A stretch of DNA of 64,000 nt from Marsupella aquatica (lineage: Eukaryota > Plantae > Marchantiophyta): contig OZ316899.1 in NCBI GenBank assembly GCA_973895155.1, forward strand, positions 10,166,287 to 10,230,286. The letters are read 5' to 3'. Positions within the stretch are counted from its first letter, which is position 1; each line of letters starts with the position of its first letter. The notes beneath the pieces are model-generated. The model did no database searches. It was not told the origin of the DNA and worked only from the letters and a program-made list of their open reading frames with translations. The position numbers and the translations under genes were made by a program. Shown one piece after another: positions 38,147 through 52,099 of the stretch.

Positions 38147-41100
38147 TGTGATGCCTAGACAGGAATCACTCGGCCAGTTAAGTGGGTAAAGCAGGAAGGC
38201 ACCCTAGGAACACCTTAGTATAGGGACAAAACAAGGAAAATATAAACAATTAGGGGCAACCATGGAACCCGGGCCGAGGCCGGAGGTAAGGACGCTGAGG
38301 GTGAAAACCCGATTAGGGTTAGGGCGGGTTAAGCGTCGGCGGCTAGGAAGGATCAACGGGAAGAAGGACCGGCAGAGGAGAGGGGTAAGGAGCGCTTGCA
38401 GGAGATGGTGGCTCATTTGCGAGCACGAACTAGGCAGACGACTACGGGAGGCCAACTACTGTCAGCTGCTTAGGCAAGCACTCGGGGAGAGAGTAGATAC
38501 CGACAATCGACCTAAGGAGGGTATGAGCAACGTCAATCAAGCGACACATTTCTGGGGATGCCTGTTCGAACGGGCAACTGAGTACATCAAGACTTACGAG
38601 GACGAGGAATCAGAAAGGGCAGCTCGAGAACGGCAGGAGCTCGCTCGATTGTGGGAGCTGCAGAAGACAGCTTTCTTAGGAGGCGAACTCATCAAGGACG
38701 AGTTCCTGCGGACGCCTACTTCCAATTAACTCGACGATCTTCTGTTTTGCAAAGACAGCGTCGTCGGCATCCGAGAGGCCATCAAGAACTGCAACGACAT
38801 ACACTGGGAATTAAAGGGAAGCACGGAAAGGTGGACCCAGGCAACGGTGCTAGGAGAAACCTCCACGGCAGCAGAGATGAAGAGGAAGGGAGCCGTCAAC
38901 GATGAAGCCACCCCGGCAAAAAGAACGAGGTCGGCGGCACCAAAGAAGCCAGCCGAGCAACAGAGCAGGAGGCAGGGAGAAGCCGAAGAGGAGGAGGTCG
39001 ATCCCATCAAGGCCATTCCAACCAGGGATGACACCTGGAAGGGCTGGGCGGCAACCCTACCGGTGGAGGTGCAACTACATTTTGCACGGGAGGAGGATGC
39101 ATGCTTCACGGCCATGCAGACCAAGAAGTACCAAGGCTTCATGGCCGGATCCGGCTTAGAGGCCTTTGTAAGATTACCATGGCTGAAGCCGGAGGTACCG
39201 GAGTCAGACCTATTAGAATTCGTGGGGTCATGGGAACCCGAGACCAATTGCACGAGGATATATGGGAAGGATTTCTATCTTACTCCCAAGGTAATTGCCG
39301 AAGTGTTTGGCTTGCCGATAGGCAATAAGACCAAAGTTGATACCAGGAAGACCTTGCCTGACAAGGAGTTCCGGTCATTCCCTGGGCCATCAACGAAGAA
39401 TGGCTTCTTCCGGAACACCTGCACCAACCCGCACATAGGAGAGATGATCGACTTCTTGCGGGTGACCATGCATTGTAACTTGCCGAGGGCAGAGATCGGC
39501 AAGGCACAGGTCTATCTGGCAGAAAGGCCAGACCCAAGCCGGGACTACAACGGGTACCTCCTCAACCAATTGAAGAAGATCTTAAAGGAGGAGCAGCAGG
39601 TAATCGGCATGGGGAGCGTGTCGCGGCTTGGCTATCACATGCCGCTGTTGTGCCGGTATGCCAGAGGTCAGACTTTTGCCCCTGTACTTCCCCTGCAGGT
39701 AAGGGCACCCGAGGAAGCTCCAACGCCGAGGCCGTTGGCTGAGAAGCCTCAACCACCTGTTAGCCCTACGATCGAGCAGGTGTTTAGGCCCAGGAAGGAG
39801 GACTTGCCGATGCAGGAACCAGGCATGCAGAGTCTGCTGAAACTACTGGAGAAAGAAAATAAATCGGCAACGGCAACAACAACGGCAACGGCAACAATGC
39901 ATGACACTACTACAGAGGTAGGCCTACACCGGCTCACGAGAGAAAACCCCTTTGCTGGAGACAAGGAGAGAATCAGGCCGGAATCCAAGCCAGGTGTTCG
40001 AATGTACGTGGGAACCTCAAGCTCCGAATCTGAGGCAGAATTGCCTGAAGCTCTTACCGACGAAGAGGAGAGGGAGAAGCCGGACGTCCAAGAGGTAGAG
40101 GAGGCAGTGGAGGACTGTAGCCATGATAATTCCGGCTATGGGTCGGACCATCACGTTCCAGGAGTAAGGACCTGTGGCCGGTTTGTCCCCACACTTCCAA
40201 GGGTAGTGCAAGGGGACCCCAACCAGCAGAGTAGCCCTGAGTCTCCCCCACCAGATGTTGCTCCCCCGAGCTTCGACGGCATAAAACAGACGGTGCAGGA
40301 ATTTCAGGAGCGAATCAGGCAGCCCTGGCTAAGGAAAAGGATTTACCAGGAGGAGATTGGCCGGAGGACATCAGGCGGCTAGCCAAAAAAGGAAGCAAAC
40401 CTCTAGCCACGATTGAAGAGATCCGCAGGACGGCTTGGGAGCAGAGGCCGCGATGGGCGATGCCGATCACTTCTACTTACTCCACCTACGCTAAGAATAG
40501 AGCCATGGAGTATGGTGAGATGTGTGGGGAACTTGCGCTCGGCATCTTTGGAGAGGAGTTGGAGGTAGGACCCTTTTTCCATAGGGAGCAGTTGGAGAAG
40601 CACCAATTAGAAGAAGCGGTGGCTTTAGAGAGAAGCAAGAAGGACGAGGTCATTCGGCGGCTTAGGAGGATGGAAGCCGAGATTGAAGATCTAAGGGCGG
40701 CCAAGAAAGCCCAAGATGAACTGCGGATTAAACGACATGAGCTGAACATCATGCAGGGGCAGTTGGACACCGCGCAGGCTGATAATCAGAATATCAAGGA
40801 TAAACTGACTCAGACGCAGGGAGAGTTGGCCGACACAATCAAAGAGAGGGAGAAGTGGAAGCAAGAGCTGAAGAATACAGAGGAGGCCCACATAACAGCC
40901 AACAGCCGGGCCATGGCGGAGACCCAAAGAAAGGAATGGGCGTTGAAAGGGGAGCTCGAGAAAATCCGCGGAGCCCTTGAGCAGAAGGAGGCCGAGTTAG
41001 GGAAATCCTATCAAGGGATTATGGCGCTGTAGCAGGAGCTTGCGTCCCTGACAGCCAGCTTCAAGGCCGACCTAAGGGAGAAGGACGAGATGCTCGAACA

Positions 41101-42796
41101 GACTTACGCCAAGATGAACCAGATGGAGTCTGTCATCATTGCAGAGCTCGACAAGGAGCTAAGAGCAACCCAGGTGGAGAGGACTACCTTGAAACAAGAA
41201 CGGGAGGAAGCCCAGAAGGAACTAGAGGAGGCGCGCAAGGACCTGGATGAGACCCAGGAGGAGTTGGAGGAAATCACGAGGAAGATGGAGAACCTCCAGC
41301 GGCGGGCCGACAACCAAACGGAGCGGCTGAAGAAACAAGCCGCAGTATTTAAGTGCTTGTCTTCATCAGGCCCAACTCCAATTGGGGCAACCAAGTTACC
41401 AGGAGTGGTATTGGCCGAAGAAAAAGCCGCGCCAACTGCACCAGTGCCGGAAGTAAGTGGGAAGGGGAAGGGACCAGCTGCTGAACCAGAAAAGAAGAAA
41501 AAGCGGAAACCTTCAGGGTCAAGGAGTAATCCGACTCCACAAGCCGTGGTGACCAAAGAGGTAGAACCAGCACCATCCTCCGGCATGAATACAGCAATAT
41601 ATCCCGCTATCATCACAGGTGGGGGTGGTGCGGCCCAAGCCGAACTACTCAGAAATGAGGCCGGTATTCCAGATCCGCCTCTTGAGCAGGCCGGGGAGAC
41701 CGTAGCCGAGGCTGAGGCCGTAACCGATTCCCGAGCCGATGTCGACGCCGATGGTGGACCCAGTCAGGCCGATGGAGAGTTGACTCAGTCAAGGGCAGGT
41801 AATCTGTCAGGGAATGAGCCTACGGCAGTGGCTGAGGAGGAAGCGTTGGGGGCGTCCATTAAGGATCCACCACCGGTGTCGTGACGGTGCAAGGGCGCCG
41901 TTCCTTTTAGGGAGGGCGGACGTGGAGGGAGGAGGCATGAGTGGGCAGGGTGGGCGCGGATCTCCACGTTTAGGATTAGGATCAGAACCAGGAGCGGCCC
42001 TGACACTTAGCTTAGTGGGATTGCGGTCCCACTGGTAGGAGCAACACTTGTGCTCCTGCCTTGCTGTACATAGGTAGATTCGGGCAAGTAGATTACTGTT
42101 AAGTAGATTAGGCTTACGATGCAAAGAATGGCGGATCCACTACCAGGATAAGTACGTGGGCAGCGGGGAGCTCAGGGCCTCTTCTTTAGCAAGTTTTTAG
42201 TTTGCACCAGCCGGGCTGGGATCAAGTAGTACAAGAAGCTCTCGGTTAGTCATACAGTGACCCTTGTGTATATTCATGTTTCCTCATGCCTAAGAGCTGA
42301 ATAGAGTTGGCCTCACGACTTAGTTCGCAGAACTTGTGTATGAGATGTACTGTTTGTATGGCAAGTGCATGGTATGACTCAGTCAGAATGAGTCATTTTG
42401 CTATTTGTGTGTCGCATTAACTTGTGTGAAGAGTGCCCACATCAACCAGAAGGAAGCAAAGTAAGCAGGGGAGTGAGAGTTGGATGTGTCGAGCTGAGAG
42501 AGGTCTTAGCGGCTTAACCAAGCCTATTGGGGATCATTCCGGCGGCGGAATCCAAACATACCTAACAAGACGGAGGGGAAGACAGGGGAAGGCCTAGATT
42601 AGGCCGGCTACGTATCTCATGACCCGATGAAGGATCTGTCCAGTATATGTGTGTAAAATGTTAATAGTAGTAGTAGAAGGTTAGCAGCGTCCCATGCCGC
42701 TAAGCCGCGGAAACGGCCTCGCAAAGCGCGAAACCCGCGGAAATCGGCTTGAGCTGGGGGGTTTCTTGGGTTTAGGGAGCCATGGGACGCACCACA
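38147..42796 (+). mobile_element. Solo LTR of family A (4,650 bp, diverged subfamily) nested in the host 5' LTR
   Basis: TGTGATGCC...GCACCACA with TSD GCCTC (38142-38146) / GCCTT (42797-42801). No PBS follows. Confidence 0.93.
38262..41884 (+). pseudogene. LTR-encoded ORF in the solo LTR (stops and a frameshift near 40318)
   Basis: ORF pieces 38262-38729, 38847-40382, 40460-41032 and 41090-41884 are collinear with the other copies. Confidence 0.85.
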
Positions 42797-45524
42797 GCCT
42801 TAAGCCCCGAATCAGACGCAGAGGAGCCGGGAGTCCAAGTAGTGGAGGAGGCAATGGAAGACTACAGCAATGATAACTCCGGCTATGGGTCGGATCATCA
42901 TGTTCCAGGAGTAAGGACCTGTGGCCGATTCATCCCCACACTTCCAAGAGTAGTTCGAGGGGACCCCACCCAGCAGAGTAACCCCGAGTCTCCCCCACCA
43001 GGGGTTGCTCCCCCGAGCTTTGACGGCATAAAGCAGACGGCACAAGAATTTCAGGAGCGACTTAGGGAGGAAGAGAGAGCAGCCCTGGCTAGGGAGAAGG
43101 ATTTACCAGGAGGAGATTGGCAGGAGGACATCTAGCGGCTTGCCAAGAAAAAAAGCAACCCTCTTGCCACCATAGAAGAAATCCACAAGACGGCTTGGGA
43201 GCAGAGGCCGCGGTGGTTGATGCCGATGACTTCTAGTTACTCCACCTATGCTAAGGATAGAGCCATGGAGTACGGGGAGATGTGTGGGGACCTGGCGCTC
43301 AGCATCTTTGGGGAGGAGTTGGAGTAGGGACCCTTTTTCCAGAGGGAGATGTTGGAAAAGCACCGATTAGAAGAAGCGGTGGCTTTGGAGAGAAGCAAGA
43401 AGGACGAGGTCATCCGGCGGCTTAGGGAGAAGGAAGCCGAGGTGGAAGACCTGCAGGCGGCCAAGAAAGCCCAAGATGAGTTGCGGATTAAGCGGCATGA
43501 GCTAAACATCATGCAGGGGCAGTTGGATACCGCTCAGTCTGACAATCATATTATCAAAGATAAACTGACTCGGACCCAAGGAGAGTTGGCCGACGCAGTC
43601 AAGGAGAGAGAGAAATGGAAGCGGGAGCTAAGGGATGCAGAGGAAGCCCACTTAGCAACCAACAATCGGGCCACGGCGGAGAACCAGAGAAGGGAGAGGG
43701 CATTGAAAGGAGAGCTCGAAGATATCCGTGGAGCCCTTGAGCAGAAGGAAGCAGAGTTAGGGAAATCCTATCAAGGGATTATTGCGCTGCAGCAGGAGCT
43801 TGCGTCCCTGACGGCCAGCTTCAAGGCCGACCTGCATGAAAAGAACGACCAGCTCGACCAGACTTATGCCAAGATGAATAAGATGGAGTCTGTGGTCGTC
43901 GTAGAGCTCGACAGGGAGCTAAGAGCAACCCAGGAGGAGAGGGCTACCTTAAAAAGAGAATTGGAGGAAGCCATTAAGGAGCTGGAGGAGGCGCGCAAGG
44001 ACCTGGACAAGACCCAAGAGGAGTTGGAGGAAATCACGAGGAAGATGGAGAACCTACAGCGGCGGGCCGACAACCAAACGGAGCGGCTAAAGACACAAGC
44101 CGCAGTATTTAAATGCTTGGCTTCATCAGGTCCAACTCCAATTGGTGGAACCCAGTTACCAGGGGTAGTATTGGCCGAAGGACAAGCCGTAACACTCACC
44201 CCGGTGTTGGAGGTAAGTGGCAAGGGGAAGGAACCGTCTGTCAAAATAGGGAAGAAGAAGAAGCGGAAACCTTCTAGGTCTGGGAGTTATACGGCTTCTC
44301 AAGCGATTGTGACCGAGAAGATAAACCCGGCACCAACCTCCGGCATGGGCACGGTAGTGGATCCACTAGTCCTAGGAAGTGAAGATTGTGATGCCTAGCT
44401 AGGAATCACTGGGCTAGTTTAAGGGGAAAAGGGAAGTGTACCCTAGAAACACCTTAGTATAGTTACATAAATAAGGAAAATATAAACAATTAAGGGTGAC
44501 TATGGAACCCGAGCCGAGGCCGGAAGTAAGGACGCCTGGGGAGAGAACACGATTAGGGTTAGGGCACGCTAAGTGTCGGCGGCTAGGGGTAACCAACGGG
44601 AGGGAGAACCAGAGGAGGAGAGGGGTAAGGACCGCTCGCGAGGAATAGTAGCTCATTTGCAAGCACGAACTGAGCAGGCGACTACGGGCGGCCAACTACT
44701 GTCAACTGCTTAGGCAAGCGCTCAGGGTGGGAATAGATACCGACTATCAACTCGAGAAGGGTATGAGCAACGTCAATCAAGCGGCACATTTTTGGGGATG
44801 CCTGTTCGAATGGGCAACTGAGTACATTGGGACTTACGAGGACGCAGAATCAGAGAGAGCAGCTCGAGAACGGCAGGAGCTCGCCTGATTGTGGGAGCTG
44901 CAGAAAGCTGCCTTCTTAGGAGGAGAACTCATCAAGGCTGAATTCCTGTGGACGCCTACTGGCAACGAGCTAGACGACCTGCTGTTTTGCGAAGACAGAG
45001 TCATCGGCATCCGAGAAGCCATCAAATGCTGCAACGACATATATTGGGAGTTGAAGGGTAGCACGGAGGGGTGGACAAATGCAACCGTGCTAGGAGAGAC
45101 ATCCACGACAGCCGAGATGAAGAGGAAGGGGAACAACAACGAAGAGGCCACCCCGGCAAAAAGAACGCGGTCGGCGGCACCAAAGAAGCCAATAGAACAA
45201 CAAAGCAGGAGGCAAAGAGAAGCCCAGGAGGAGGAGGTCGACCCCATCAATGCCATTCCAACAAACGATGAGACCTGGAAAGGCTGGGCGGCGACCCTAC
45301 CGGAGGAAGTGCAATTACACTTTGCACGAGAGGACGATGCATGCTTTACAGCCATGCAGACCAAGAAGTACCAAGGCTTCATGGTCGGATCCGGCTTGGA
45401 AGCCTTTGTAAGATTACCATGGCTAAAGCCGGAGGTGTCGGACTCAGACTTGTTAGAATTCATGGGATCATGGGAACCCGAGACCAATTCCACGAGGGTG
45501 TATGGGAAGGATTTCTATCTCACT

Positions 45525-48279
45525 GATTGAATTTCAGGAAGTGTTCGCATGGAGTCACCAAGATCTAAAGGGAGTAGATCCAACATTAGGGGAACATCGA
45601 ATTGATCTCATGTTAGGAGCCAAATCACTCAGACAACCAATTCGAAGGATGGATCCTAAGTATTCCCTGATGGTCAAAACAGAAATCGACAAATTAGTGG
45701 AAGCCGGATTCATCACTCCAGTCCTGCATTCAGACTGGGTGTCTCCAATTGTGATAGTACCTAAGAAAGCTGGACACGATGGTCAACCCAAGATCCGTGT
45801 TTGTCAGGATTACAGAAAGTTGAATGAGGCTACGTTGAAAGATCATTTTCCTTTACCCTTTACTGATATGGTGTTAGACATGGTAGCTAGTCATGAACTA
45901 TATTCATTCATGGATGGGTACTCTGGTTATAACCAAATCAGGATTAGGCAGGAGGACCAAATCAAGACGGCCTTCATCACGGAATGGGGGATCTATGTCT
46001 TCAATCGTATGCCGTTTGGACTCTGTAACGCACCAGTTATGTTTCAATGATTGATGGTGAACATTTTCCATGATTACTTGAGAAAGTTCATGGAAATCTT
46101 CATTGATGACTTTGCAGTATTCGGGAAGGCATCGAAACATGCTAAATACCTAAGGAAAACCTTCATGAGATGCAGAGAGGTAGGTCTCAAGTTACATCCA
46201 GATAAATGTTTCTTTGGGGTAATAGAAGGTGTGCTACTAGGTCACAAGGTATCAAAGAAGGGCATCGAGATTGACAAGGGTAAGCTAGCAGTATGGCTTG
46301 ACATCATGCAACCTAAGAACATAAAGGATGTAAGATCCTTCTTGGGTTGCATTGGGTACTATCGCCGGTTTATTAAAGATTTTGCCAAACTAGCTTTACC
46401 ATTAACCAACATGCTCAAGGCAGGCGCAGACTTTGAACCCACACCAGAAAGAGTAACAGCTGTGGTGGAATTAAAGCAAAAGTTAGTGGAAGCCCTAGTC
46501 ATGATAGCACCAGACTGCAACAAGGAATTTCATGTCTTTGTAGATGTCTCAGGCTTTTGTATCGGCTCAGTACTAAGTCAGTTGGATGAGAAAGGGAGGG
46601 ACCATCCCATATACTTTGCAAGCCGTCAGCTTGCCGATGCCGAACGGAACTACTCCACCACAGAAAGAGAAGCATTAGGAGTCATTTATTCATGTAAAAA
46701 GTTTAGGCATTATTTGCTAGGGTACAAGGTAATCTTTCATACCGATCATGAAAGTTTGAAGTACCTAGTAAATAAGCCGGACCTTACAGGCAGGGTAGCA
46801 AGATGGATTTTGCTATTACAGGAGTTTGACTATGAGTTAAAGATCAAACCGGGGAAGCTACACGCTAATGCCGACTTCTTTTCAAGGATCACAGGTGAAC
46901 CTGCCACGGATTGCATCGATGATCGATTCCCCGACGAGGAGCTATTCGTTGTGGAAATAGCTGATACATGGTACTCGGAGATTTTGCAATTTCTCAGCAC
47001 GACCAGATTACAGCCAGGGCTAACCCGAGAACAAGCCGCAGTCTTTCTGCGGAAGGTCAGACAGTATCAGTACATTAAGGGTGTACTACACAGGTATGGA
47101 ATCAGCGGCACTTTTCAAAGGTGTTTAGAAAAGGGAGAGGTAAAACGAGTCTTACGGGCTATGCATGGAGAAGAGGCCGGAGGACATTTTGCTCCAGTAA
47201 CCACTTCTAAAAAAATATTAAATGTCGGTTATTGGTGGCCCACCTTGCACAAGGATGTCTATCAGTTCATCAAACAATGTGATCCCTGTCAGCGAGCAGG
47301 AGGACCAAGGGCGTCTACAAGACATCCACTGCACCCTATTCTACCTCTGGCACCATTTGAGAAGTGGGGTATTGATTACATTGGACCGCTGAAACCATTA
47401 ACCCATCCTCGGAGAAACAAGTATATAATCCTGGCCATGAATTATGCAACTAAGTGGGTGGAGGCCAGACCGACAACGAAGGATGATGCAATTACTACAA
47501 CTCGATTTCTGTATGAGTAGATCTTCACCAGGTATGGAGCACCCCTAGAATTAGTTAGTGATAGAGGAACCCATTTTCTGAATGATATAATTAGTCGTTT
47601 AAATGAGCAGTATTTAGTTAGACATAGGCCTAATACTCCTTACCACCCAAAGGCAAATGGATTGACAGAACGAGCCAATGGGATTATAGGAAAGATATTG
47701 AACAAGACAGTAGCTCAGAACAAACTCGATTGGGATGATAAATTGTTTGCTGCTGTTTTTGCTTACAATTTAGCCTATAAATCCACCACTGGACATACAC
47801 CCTTTTTCTTAACCTTTGGACAAGAAGCTTTGGTACCCATGCAACTTGAGATACCGACATTTCAAGTTACAATTGAGGAAAAAGTCTCAGAGGAGGAAAG
47901 CCTGAAAGAGCAAGAATATAGATTATAAGCTTTAGAGGAGGCAAGAATGATTTCAGTCGAGAGAGTAGAATATAGACAGAATACCATGAAGCAGCAGTAT
48001 GATAAAAAGTTGAAAGTAGTTAGTATTCACACAGGAGATCTTGTATTACTTTATGACAGTAGGTATAGTAGGTTTCCAGGGAAGCTTTACACTCGCTGGT
48101 TAGGACCTTTCAGGGTATCAAAGAAGTTCCCCAACGGCTCTGTGCAATTGGCCAACATTACCGGAGAGGTGTACCCAGTTCGTATTCACTACGACCACCT
48201 CAAGAAATGCTATATGGACGAAGATGAAGTTGTTCGCGAGGACGCTTCACAATTAAGTGGGGAGCTATGTGATGCCTAG
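45525..48279 (+). pseudogene. pol: pol fragment (RT, RNase H, integrase) of the nested element
   Basis: MDGYSGYNQI, FIDD, ERNYSTTEREAL, H..GGH..CDPC, WGIDYIGP, NGLTER, WLGPF. In-frame stops. Confidence 0.95.
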
Positions 48280-48643
48280 CCAGGAATCACTGGGCTCGTT
48301 TAAGGGGAAAAGCGAAGTGTACCCTAGAAACACTTTAGTATAGTTACATAAATAAGGAAAATATAAACAATTAAGGGTGACTATGGAACCCGAGCCGAGG
48401 CCGGAAGTAAGGACGCCAGGGGAGAGAACACGATTAGGGTTAGGGCACGCTAAGTGCCGGCGGCTAGGGGTAACCAACGGGAGGGAGAACCAGAGGAGGA
48501 GAGGGGTAAGGACCGCTCGCGAGGAATAGTAGCTCATTTGCAAGCACAAACTGAGCATGCGACTACGGGCGGCCAACTACTGTCAACTGCTTAGGCAAGC
48601 GCTCAGGGTGGGAACAGATACCGACTACCAACTCGAGAAGGGT

Positions 48644-51600
48644 ATGAGCAACGTCAATCAAGCGGCATATTTTTGGGGATGCTTGTTCGAACGGGCAACT
48701 GAGTACATTGGGACTTACGAGGACGCAAAATCGGAGAGAGCAGCTTGAGAACGGCAGGAGCTCGCCCGATTGTGGGAGCTGTAGAAAGCTGCCTTCTTAG
48801 GAGGAGAACTCATCAAGGCTGAATTCCTGTGGACGCCTACTGGCAATGAGCTAGACGACCTGCTGTTTTGCGAAGACAGAGTCGTCGGCATCCGAGAAGC
48901 CATCAAACGCTGCAACGACATACACTGGGAGTTGAAGGGTAGCACGGAGGGGTGGACAAAGGCAACTGTGCTAGGAGAGACATCCACGACAGCCGAGATG
49001 AAGAGGAAGGGGAACAACAACGAAGAGGCCACCCCGGCAAAAAGAACGCGGTTGGCGGCACCATAGAAGCCAGCAGAACAACAGAGCAGGAGGCAAAGAG
49101 AAGCCGAGGAGGAGGAGGTCGACCCCATCAATGCCATTCCAACAAACGATGAGACCTGGAAAGGCTGGGCGGCGACCCTACCGGAGGAAGTGCAATTACA
49201 CTTTGCACGAGAGGAGGATGCATGCTTTACAGCCATGCAGACCAAGAAGTACCAAGGCTTCATGGCCGGATTCGGCTTGGAAGCCTTCGTAAGATTACCA
49301 TGGTTGAAGTCGGAGGTGCCGGACTCAGACTTGTTAGAATTCGTGGGATCATGGGAACCCGAGACCAATTCCACGAGGGTGTATGGGAAGGATTTCTATC
49401 TCACTCCCCGGGTGATTGCTGAAGTGTTTGGCTTGCCGATGGGTAATAAGACCAAGGTTGATACCAGGAAGACCTTACCTGACAAGGAGTTTCGGTTGTT
49501 CCCAGGACCATCAACAAAGAATGGCTTCTTCCGGAACACCTGCACCAACCCGCACATCCGAGAGATGATCGATTTCTTGCGGGTGACCATGCACTGTAAC
49601 TTGCCGAGGGCAGAGATCAGCAAGGCTCAGGTCTACCTGGCAGAAAGGCCAGACCCAAGCCGGGATTACAACGGGTACCTCCTCAACCAACTGAAGAAGA
49701 TCTTGAAGGAGGAACAGCAGGTGATTGGCGTGGGAAGCGTGTCCCGGTTTGGCTATCACATGCCGCTGTTGTGCCGGTATGCCAGAAGTCAAATCTTTGC
49801 CCCAGTACTTCCCCTATCGACAAGAACACCGGAGGAGGTCCCGGAGCAAAGGCCGGCACCAGAGAAGCCCAACCAGCCCGACAGTCCGACGATCGAGCAG
49901 GTGTTTAGACCAAGGAAAGAAGACTTGCCGATGCAGCAACCAGGTATGCAGAATCTGCTGAAATTGCTGGAGAAGGAAAGGAGAACGGTTCCGGCAACGG
50001 CAATAGAACCGGCACCGATACAGGACGCTGCCCCAGAAGCCGACCTAAGCCGGCTTACAAGGGAAAACCCCTTTACTGGAGTCAAGGAGAGAGGGAGGCC
50101 GGAACACGAGCCGGGAGTCCGGATGTATGTAGGAGCCTCAAGTCCCGAAGCCGAGGAAAAGCAGGCCGTAGCTCCCGGCCATGACAAGGAGAACAAGAGA
50201 TCAACACGGAAGCCAGAGGAGAAACCAAGACCGGTGAGAGGTGAAGCCGTGTTCACAACAAAACCAGGAGAACAATGGGAGAAGCCGGTAGTCCAAGCCG
50301 AGGAGGAGGCGGTAGAGGACTACAGCAATGATGACTCCGGCTACGGGTCGGATCATCATGTTCCAGGAGTAAGGACCTGTGGCCGGTTCATCCCCACGCT
50401 CCCAAGAGTAGTTCGAGGAGACCCAAGCCAGCAGAGCAGCCCCGAGTCTCCCCCACCAGATGTCGCTCCCCCGAGCTTTGACGGCATAAAACAGACGGCG
50501 CAGGAATTTCAGGAGCGAATCAGGGAGGAAGAGGAGGCAGCCCTGGCTAGGGAAAAGGATTTACCAGGAGGAGAATGGCCAGAGGACATCAGGCGGCTTG
50601 CAGAAAAACAAAGCAACCCTCTTGCCACCGTAGAAGAAATCCGCAAGACGGCTTGGGAGCAGAGGCCGCGGTGGTTGATGCCGATGACTTCTAGTTACTC
50701 CACCTATGCTAAGGATAGAGCCATGGAGTACGGGGAAATGTGTGGAGAGTTGGCACTCAGCATCTTTGGGGAGGAGTTGGAGCAAGGACCCTTTTTCCAG
50801 AGGGAGATGTTGGAGAAGCGCCAATTAGAAGAAGCGATGGCTTTGGAAAGAAGCAAGAAGGACGAGGTCATCCGTCGGCTTAGGGCAAGAGAAGCCGAAA
50901 TCAAAGACCTGGGGGCGGCCAAGAAAGCCCAAGATGAGCTGCGGATTAAGCGACATGAGCTAAATATCATGCAGGGCCAATTGGATACCGCACAATCTGA
51001 TAATCGGATTATCGAGAATAAACTGACTCGAAACCAAGGAGAGTTGGCCGATGCAATCAAGGAGTGGGAGAAGTGGAAGCGAGAGCTGAGGGATGCAGAG
51101 GAGGCCAACATAACGGCCAACAACCGGGCCATGGCGGAGACCCAGAGAAGGGAAAGGGCATTGAAGGGGGAGTTTGAGGTTATCCGCGGAGCCCTTGAGA
51201 AGAAGGAGGCCGAGTTAGGGAAATCCTATCAAGGGATTATTGCGCTGCAGCAGGAGCTTGCGTCCCTGACGGCCAACTTCAAAGCCGACCTGCGTGAGAA
51301 GGACAATATGCTTGATCAGACTTACGCCAAGATGAACCAGATGGAGTCTGTCATCATTGCAGAGCTCGACAAGGAGTTAAGAGCGACCCAGGAGGAGAGA
51401 GCTGCATTTAAAAAGGAATTGGAGGAAGCCCAGAAGGAGCTGGAGGAGGCGCGCAAGGACCTGGACGAAGTGCAGGAGGAGTTGGAGGAAAGCATGCGGA
51501 AGCTAGAGAACTTACAACGACGAGCCGACAACCAAACGGAGCGGCTGAAGAAACAAGCCGCAGTATTTAAGTGCTTGGCTTCATCAGGGCCAACTCAAAT

Positions 51601-52099
51601 TGAGGCCACTAAGTTACCAGGAGTGGTATTGGCCGAAGGACAAACCGCGCCATTTGCACCAGTGCCGGAAGTAAGTGAGAAGGGGAAGGGGCCAGCTGCC
51701 GAACCAGAAAAGAAGAAGAAACAGAAATAGAAACCTTCAGGGTCAAGGAGTAATACGGCTCCACAGGCCGTGGTGACCATGGAGGTAAACCCAACACCGA
51801 CCTCAGGCAGGATTACGGCAGAGGATCCAACTACCCTAGAAGGGGATGACAAAGCCAAGGCCAGGATACTCGGTAATGAAGCCGAGGTACCCAATCTGCC
51901 ACTTAAGTGTGTAGGGGAGGCCGTAGCCGAGGCTGATGTTGAAGCCGATACCATAGCCGATGCCGGGGGTGGACCCAGTCAGGGCGATGGAGAGTTGACT
52001 CAGTCAAGGACAGGTAATCTGTCAGAGAACAAACCTACGGCAGTGGTTGAGGAGGAAGCATTGGGGGCGTCCATTGAGGGACAGACACCGCTGCCATGA
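48644..52099 (+). pseudogene. LTR-encoded ORF, best-preserved copy (1,152 codons, one frame, few point stops)
   Basis: ATG 48644 to TGA 52099 is 3,456 bp. Includes the 846-codon ORF 49190-51730 and 51770-52099 in the same frame. Confidence 0.88.

Noticed and set aside
45515-45540. Deletion junction as a spliced-RNA retrocopy
   Set aside because: No GT/AG at the breakpoints; a 3-bp microhomology explains it.
49190-51730. LTR ORF as an env glycoprotein or a captured SMC/myosin gene
   Set aside because: No signal peptide, transmembrane helix or ATPase motif; the coiled-coil resemblance is compositional.
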